A stretch of 18,887 nt of DNA. Origin: a virus. Taxonomy: Duplodnaviria; Heunggongvirae; Uroviricota; Caudoviricetes. The DNA lies in IMG/VR virus record IMGVR_UViG_2778261087_000008; one strand, written 5' to 3'. How positions within the stretch are numbered: position 1 is the stretch's first letter; every line of letters starts with the position of its first letter. The position numbers and the translations under genes are program-made. Positions 15,120-18,887 of this stretch are shown in pieces. Below the pieces are notes generated by a model. It had not been told where the DNA came from, did not search any database, and saw only the letters and a program-made list of their open reading frames with translations.

Positions 15120-16764
15120 GTACGCAGAAGGCGTAAAAAACGGCAAAATTACGGCCTGTAAACGACTGAAACAGGCCGTTAAACGGTATTTTTCTGACCT
15201 TGAAAACCCCCTTTACACGTTCGATCCGGAGGTCGTGGAGCGGTTTATTGCCTTTTCCAGGGTGTGTCCGCACGTAAAAGGCGCAATGCGCGGTAGCCCC
15301 ATTGAGCTGGAGCCGTGGCAGCAGTTCGCCTTTGCGTGCATCCTGGGCTTTAAGGTTAAGGCCACCGGACGGCGCAAATACACCAGCGCATTCATTGAAG
15401 TACCGCGAAAAAATGCCAAATCCACGGTCGCCGCTATCCTGGCTAACTGGTTTCTGGTTATGGAAAACGGGCAGCAGGATATTTACACCGCCGCCGTGAG
15501 TCGTGATCAGGCGCGGATCGTGTTTGATGATGCGCGTCAGATGTGCCTTTTATCCCGACCGTTACGAAAGCGGGTAAATATTCAGGCACACAAGGTGATA
15601 CACCCGAAAACCAACAGCCTGTTAAAGCCACTGGCAGCAAAAGCGGCAACCATTGAAGGTACAAATCCGAGTCTTGCCATTGTGGATGAATATCACCTGC
15701 ACCCTGACAACGGGGTTTATTCCGCACTTGAGCTGGGGATGGGGGCGCGTCCGGAGGGGCTGTTATTTGCCATCACCACATCGGGGAGCAACGTTGTTTC
15801 AGCCTGTAAACAACACTATGACTATTGCTGTCAGATACTGGATGGTGAAGAGATGAACGAATCCATGTTCGTTCTGATTTACGAGCTGGATGATGAAAGC
15901 GAGGTTGACGATCCGGCGATGTGGATAAAGGCGAATCCAAATATCGATGTTTCCGTCGATCGTGAAAAACTGGCCTCAACCATCCAGAAAGCGCGGGGTA
16001 TTCCGTCGCAGTGGGTGGAAATGCTCACCAAGCGATTCAATATCTGGTGTCAGGGGGCTACGCCGTGGATGGGTAACGGTGCATGGGCGGAGTGCGCCGG
16101 AACGTTCGCGGAGGCGGATTTATACGGGCAGGAGTGCTACGCGGGGCTGGACTTATCATCAACCAGCGATATTTCCAGCGTGTGCTATGCCTTTCCGGTC
16201 GGTAAAAAGATTATGCTGGTTTCCCGTCACTATCTGCCGGAATTTCAGCTACAGAACCCCGCCAATAAAAACCGCGCCATCTATCGCCAGTGGGTAAAGG
16301 CGGGCTGGATACGCACAACACCGGGTGACTGCATTGATTATGACCGTATCCGTGATGACATCATGGCGGATGCAGAGAATTTCAATATCAGGCTGGTGGG
16401 CTTTGATACGTGGAACGCCACGCACCTGAGAACGCAGTTACAGGGGGCAGGCTTTGAGGTGGAGCCGTTCCCGCAAACCTACCTTCGTTTCAGTCCGGCG
16501 GCGAAATCGTTCGAGGTTTTTGTTAACCGGAAGGTGATTGTGCATCGTGGTGATCCGGTGCTGGCCTGGTCAATGAGTAATGTTGTGATGCAGAGTGACG
16601 CGAACGCCAATATCAAGCCGAACAAGAAAAAATCATCCAACAAGATAGACCCGAGCGTTGCGGCGCTGATGGCGTTTGGCACATTCCAGGCTGAGCATGA
16701 GGAATTTGCATTTGATATGAGCGACAGCCAGAAAGAGCGACTAGCGGCATTTGATGGGGTATGA
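15103..16764 (+). CDS. Terminase large subunit
   Basis: 553-aa ORF; ATPase region with Walker A-like VPRKNAKST and Walker B-like LAIVDEYH; apparent TTG start at 15103 (GAGGA 5 nt upstream) overlapping the terS 3' end by 17 nt. Confidence 0.88.
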   Translation: MTAWHEYAEGVKNGKITACKRLKQAVKRYFSDLENPLYTFDPEVVERFIAFSRVCPHVKGAMRGSPIELEPWQQFAFACILGFKVKATGRRKYTSAFIEVPRKNAKSTVAAILANWFLVMENGQQDIYTAAVSRDQARIVFDDARQMCLLSRPLRKRVNIQAHKVIHPKTNSLLKPLAAKAATIEGTNPSLAIVDEYHLHPDNGVYSALELGMGARPEGLLFAITTSGSNVVSACKQHYDYCCQILDGEEMNESMFVLIYELDDESEVDDPAMWIKANPNIDVSVDREKLASTIQKARGIPSQWVEMLTKRFNIWCQGATPWMGNGAWAECAGTFAEADLYGQECYAGLDLSSTSDISSVCYAFPVGKKIMLVSRHYLPEFQLQNPANKNRAIYRQWVKAGWIRTTPGDCIDYDRIRDDIMADAENFNIRLVGFDTWNATHLRTQLQGAGFEVEPFPQTYLRFSPAAKSFEVFVNRKVIVHRGDPVLAWSMSNVVMQSDANANIKPNKKKSSNKIDPSVAALMAFGTFQAEHEEFAFDMSDSQKERLAAFDGV

Positions 16765-17054
16765 CGAGAATGACTGAAACCGATCTACTAAAAATAATTC
16801 GCTGCGTTACCGGAGTCTGCCAGGCAACAGGCAAACCGGAGGCCAAGCAGCCGGATACCGTCACCGCTGAAAATTACGCGCGTGTGGTGGCTAAGGTGAT
16901 GCGCCGTGACGGTATTGAGCTTAACGGCGTGGATATGCGCAACATACGAACCAGAGTCCTTGAGTTGCTGGCATACCGTCGCCGTTCTCAACAACGGAGG
17001 GAGAGCGCGAAAAATAATTACCAGTGGAAGAAGCCGGAACGGTTGCGGCGGTAG
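16761..17054 (+). CDS. Hypothetical protein (97 aa), basic C-terminus
   Basis: ATG overlaps the terL stop (ATGA at 16761-16764); last ORF of the island; no motif recognised. Confidence 0.5.
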   Translation: MTRMTETDLLKIIRCVTGVCQATGKPEAKQPDTVTAENYARVVAKVMRRDGIELNGVDMRNIRTRVLELLAYRRRSQQRRESAKNNYQWKKPERLRR

Positions 17055-17055
17055 A

Positions 17056-17093
17056 TTCCTGATATTCAGGAAAACCACGAATCTGTGGGTTTT
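17056..17093 (+). terminator. Two tandem hairpins after the last island gene (candidate terminator)
   Basis: ttcctga-tat-tcaggaa (17056-17072) then aaaaccac-gaatct-gtgggtttt (17071-17092) with an A-tract before and T-tract after. Confidence 0.35.
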
Positions 17094-17393
17094 ACTGGCG
17101 CGGTTACGGCGGTGACACGCACCGAGGCAGAACAATTACCGTAGGTTAAAGCGACAGTATTCACACCAAAGGCAGAAATTAGCGGTTAACGTAACTGACT
17201 GATATTTTCAGGAACAGCCAACGGCTGAGGCCGGAGCTATAAGAATAGCTTTGGGTACAGTCCTCAGTTTTGAGGGATGTTAACCAACTGAATAATAAGC
17301 AAACCTCAAAATTGAGTTTTGTATCTGCCTGAGTTATTTCTGTGCTAACTTGTTGATATTCCAGACGGCCCAAAAATGGGTTGGCTGGTGGGT

Positions 17394-17511
17394 GAGTTGC
17401 AGATTTGCAACTCGACCATGAAACTACGGAAACTACCCGTAGTTTGGGTAGTAAGAGCAACACCCAGATTTTGGGGCTTACTCGCGATCCCCAAATAAAG
17501 GGGATCGGTGG
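17394..17511. repeat. 118-bp hairpin-dense repeat, copy 1
   Basis: Matches 17828-17945 at 113 of 118 positions; contains hairpins gagttgca-gatt-tgcaactc, aaactacgg-aaactac-ccgtagttt (overlapping the alternative ctaccc-gtagttt-gggtag) and gatcccc-aaataaa-ggggatc. Confidence 0.8.
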
Positions 17512-17541
17512 CATCACTGGCCCCACTTTCCTGATGTGTTT

Positions 17542-17693
17542 GCGGGTTATTTGGGAGAGGTTGCGGGTTATTTTGAATGACTTGCGGGTTACGATTTGGC
17601 TAACATTTGAACATGTCATTTTTCAACGCATTGATATTAAATAATAAAAAATACTTAGCACGCGAAGATAACCCGCTAACCCGCATAACCCGC
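17542..17693. repeat. Iteron cluster 2: GCGGGTTA(T) x3 phased at 21 bp, AT-rich spacer, ATAACCCGC x3 tandem inverted
   Basis: Forward copies at 17542, 17563 and 17584; AT-rich 17600-17665; reverse copies at 17668-17693. Same motif and architecture as cluster 1 at 9590-9711. Confidence 0.6.
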
Positions 17694-17827
17694 ACTGTTT
17701 TGTATATATATACGAAAAATTGCATTCAGGAGGGGTAGCAAAATCCCTACCGTCTCTTATCTCTTGGAGTGCCCGCCTCTTCGAATTTTAACCCCCGTGA
17801 AATTACAAAATTTCCCTGACTGATGGC

Positions 17828-17945
17828 GAGTTGCAGATTTGCAACTCGACTATGAAACTACGGAAACTACCCGTAGTTTGGGTAGTAAGAGTAACACCCA
17901 GATTTTGGGGCTTACTTGCGATACCCAAATACAGGGGATCGGTGG
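17828..17945. repeat. 118-bp hairpin-dense repeat, copy 2
   Basis: About 96% identical to 17394-17511; the five mismatches include taa to tac at the position of the copy-1 mini-ORF stop. Confidence 0.8.
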
Positions 17946-18262
17946 AAGAAATATCGTTTCTCATATGTGAGTACCGAGGGCGGAATTCCGCCTTCGGTTA
18001 CTTATTGTGCTCATGCACAGGGAGGGGCGGGTCAAATCTCTGTACCCTGACGTCTTCCGGACTGCCCGCTCCATCGATTTTTTATACCCGCGAAAAATGC
18101 TTCACGCTGGTGGGCATGATGCGTGGGGATGCTGATAATGGGTTATTGTGGGATAGATGTCTCATACAATAAGAGATTCATAATTTGCTTTTTAATACTG
18201 TTATACTCGCCGCCTTTCTACCGTGCTCATGCTTTCGCATATTTTCGGCTTTGTGCAATAAT

Positions 18263-18286
18263 CCGTATATCACTCGGTGTATCACT
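18263..18286 (+). repeat. Repeat ccgtatatcact + cggtgtatcact, candidate integrase arm-type binding sites (right arm)
   Basis: Shares 19 consecutive bp (tatcactcggtgtatcact) with 2747-2765; 64 bp upstream of the attR core. Confidence 0.5.
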
Positions 18287-18350
18287 TTTAGCTAAAATGC
18301 ATGGCGTGTTTGTTAATTTAACTGATTAAAATCAGTGGGATATAAAGTTT

Positions 18351-18369
18351 ATGAAACATATTGTAGAAG
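18351..18369 (+). repeat. attR core (first 19 nt of hpt)
   Basis: atgaaacatattgtagaag; direct repeat of 2597-2615 with one mismatch. Confidence 0.7.
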
Positions 18370-18887
18370 TAATGATCCCCGAAGCGGAGATTAAAGCGCG
18401 TATCGCCGAACTGGGTCGTCAGATTACTGAGCGTTACAAAGACAGCGGCAGCGATATGGTGCTGGTTGGTCTGCTGCGTGGCTCATTTATGTTTATGGCG
18501 GACCTGTGCCGTGAAGTTCAGGTATCTCATGAAGTCGACTTTATGACCGCCTCCAGCTACGGTAGCGGCATGTCCACCACCCGTGATGTGAAAATCCTCA
18601 AAGATCTGGATGAAGATATCCGTGGCAAGGACGTGCTGATTGTTGAAGATATCATCGACTCGGGGAATACACTGTCGAAAGTGCGTGAGATCTTAAGCCT
18701 GCGCGAACCGAAGTCGCTGGCGATTTGTACGCTGCTGGATAAACCGTCCCGTCGTGAAGTGAACGTCCCGGTTGAATTTATCGGTTTCTCGATCCCGGAT
18801 GAGTTTGTGGTGGGTTACGGCATTGATTACGCACAGCGTTACCGTCATCTGCCGTATATCGGCAAAGTGATTCTGCTGGACGAGTAA
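18351..18887 (+). CDS. hpt: Hypoxanthine phosphoribosyltransferase
   Basis: 178-aa [25 protein letters not shown]... with PRPP-binding motif [14 protein letters not shown]; complete, ends taa at 18885-18887. Confidence 0.93.
   Translation: MKHIVEVMIPEAEIKARIAELGRQITERYKDSGSDMVLVGLLRGSFMFMADLCREVQVSHEVDFMTASSYGSGMSTTRDVKILKDLDEDIRGKDVLIVEDIIDSGNTLSKVREILSLREPKSLAICTLLDKPSRREVNVPVEFIGFSIPDEFVVGYGIDYAQRYRHLPYIGKVILLDE

Larger units (their letters stand above)
2597..18369. mobile_element. Integrated phage-satellite-like island, cf-PICI-like (integrase, AlpA, primase-helicase, HK97-type head and packaging genes; no tail or lysis genes), inserted at the 5' end of hpt
   Basis: Bounded by 19-bp direct repeats atgaaacata[c/t]tgtagaag at 2597-2615 and 18351-18369; integrase gene adjacent to the left end; coherent phage-satellite gene content; AT-rich and GC-rich segments alternate relative to flanking genes. 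Confidence 0.85.

Noticed and set aside
17179-17619. 146-aa minus-strand ORF across repeat copy 1 and iteron cluster 2
   Set aside because: It runs through hairpin repeats and iterons, has no ribosome-binding site, and is not preserved across the second repeat copy.
17394-17945. CRISPR array at the right end
   Set aside because: Only two copies of a long (118 bp) repeat separated by 316 bp of structured sequence; no short regular repeat-spacer periodicity and no cas genes.
2747-18286. The perfect 19-bp direct repeat tatcactcggtgtatcact as the att core and island boundary
   Set aside because: It is a tandem 12-bp motif sitting inside the outer hpt-start repeat pair, and that outer pair places the left copy at the expected native hpt ATG position; it is therefore read as arm-type sites. 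Kept as an alternative pending junction sequencing.
17831-18329. Plus-strand ORFs 17831..18172 (113 aa) and 18123..18329 (68 aa)
   Set aside because: The first arises only because copy 2 of the 118-bp repeat lost a stop codon present in copy 1; the second spans the arm-type repeats and hpt upstream region; neither has coding-like composition.
2597-18369. Insertion sequence or transposon as the mobile unit
   Set aside because: No transposase ORF and no terminal inverted repeats; the boundaries are direct repeats next to a tyrosine integrase, indicating site-specific integration.

Overview
The window holds two chromosomal housekeeping genes of E. coli type, gcd (minus strand, 1-2391) and hpt (plus strand, 18351-18887), separated by a roughly 15.75 kb integrated phage-satellite-like island (about 2597-18369). 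The island appears to be inserted into the first codons of hpt: a 19-bp near-identical direct repeat containing the hpt ATG flanks it, and the left copy is fused to a 15-codon hpt remnant. Island content, left to right: tyrosine integrase; an AT-rich unknown cargo gene translationally coupled to int; an AlpA-family regulator; an ORF6N-domain protein; a divergently transcribed ribbon-helix-helix regulator with palindromic operators; small unknown genes; a primase-helicase replication protein followed by an iteron cluster; an SSB-like protein; then a complete HK97-type head and packaging module (major capsid, prohead protease, portal, head-tail connector, HNH endonuclease, TerS, TerL). No tail, lysis or tail-fibre genes are present. 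This matches the capsid-forming phage-inducible chromosomal island (cf-PICI) class rather than a complete prophage. The last 1.3 kb of the island is non-coding and repeat-rich, with two 118-bp hairpin-dense repeats, a second iteron cluster and a degenerate module repeat. The least explained parts are that right-end region, the AT-rich cargo gene and the small genes around the regulatory switch. All calls come from reading the sequence and the ORF track; no database searches were run.
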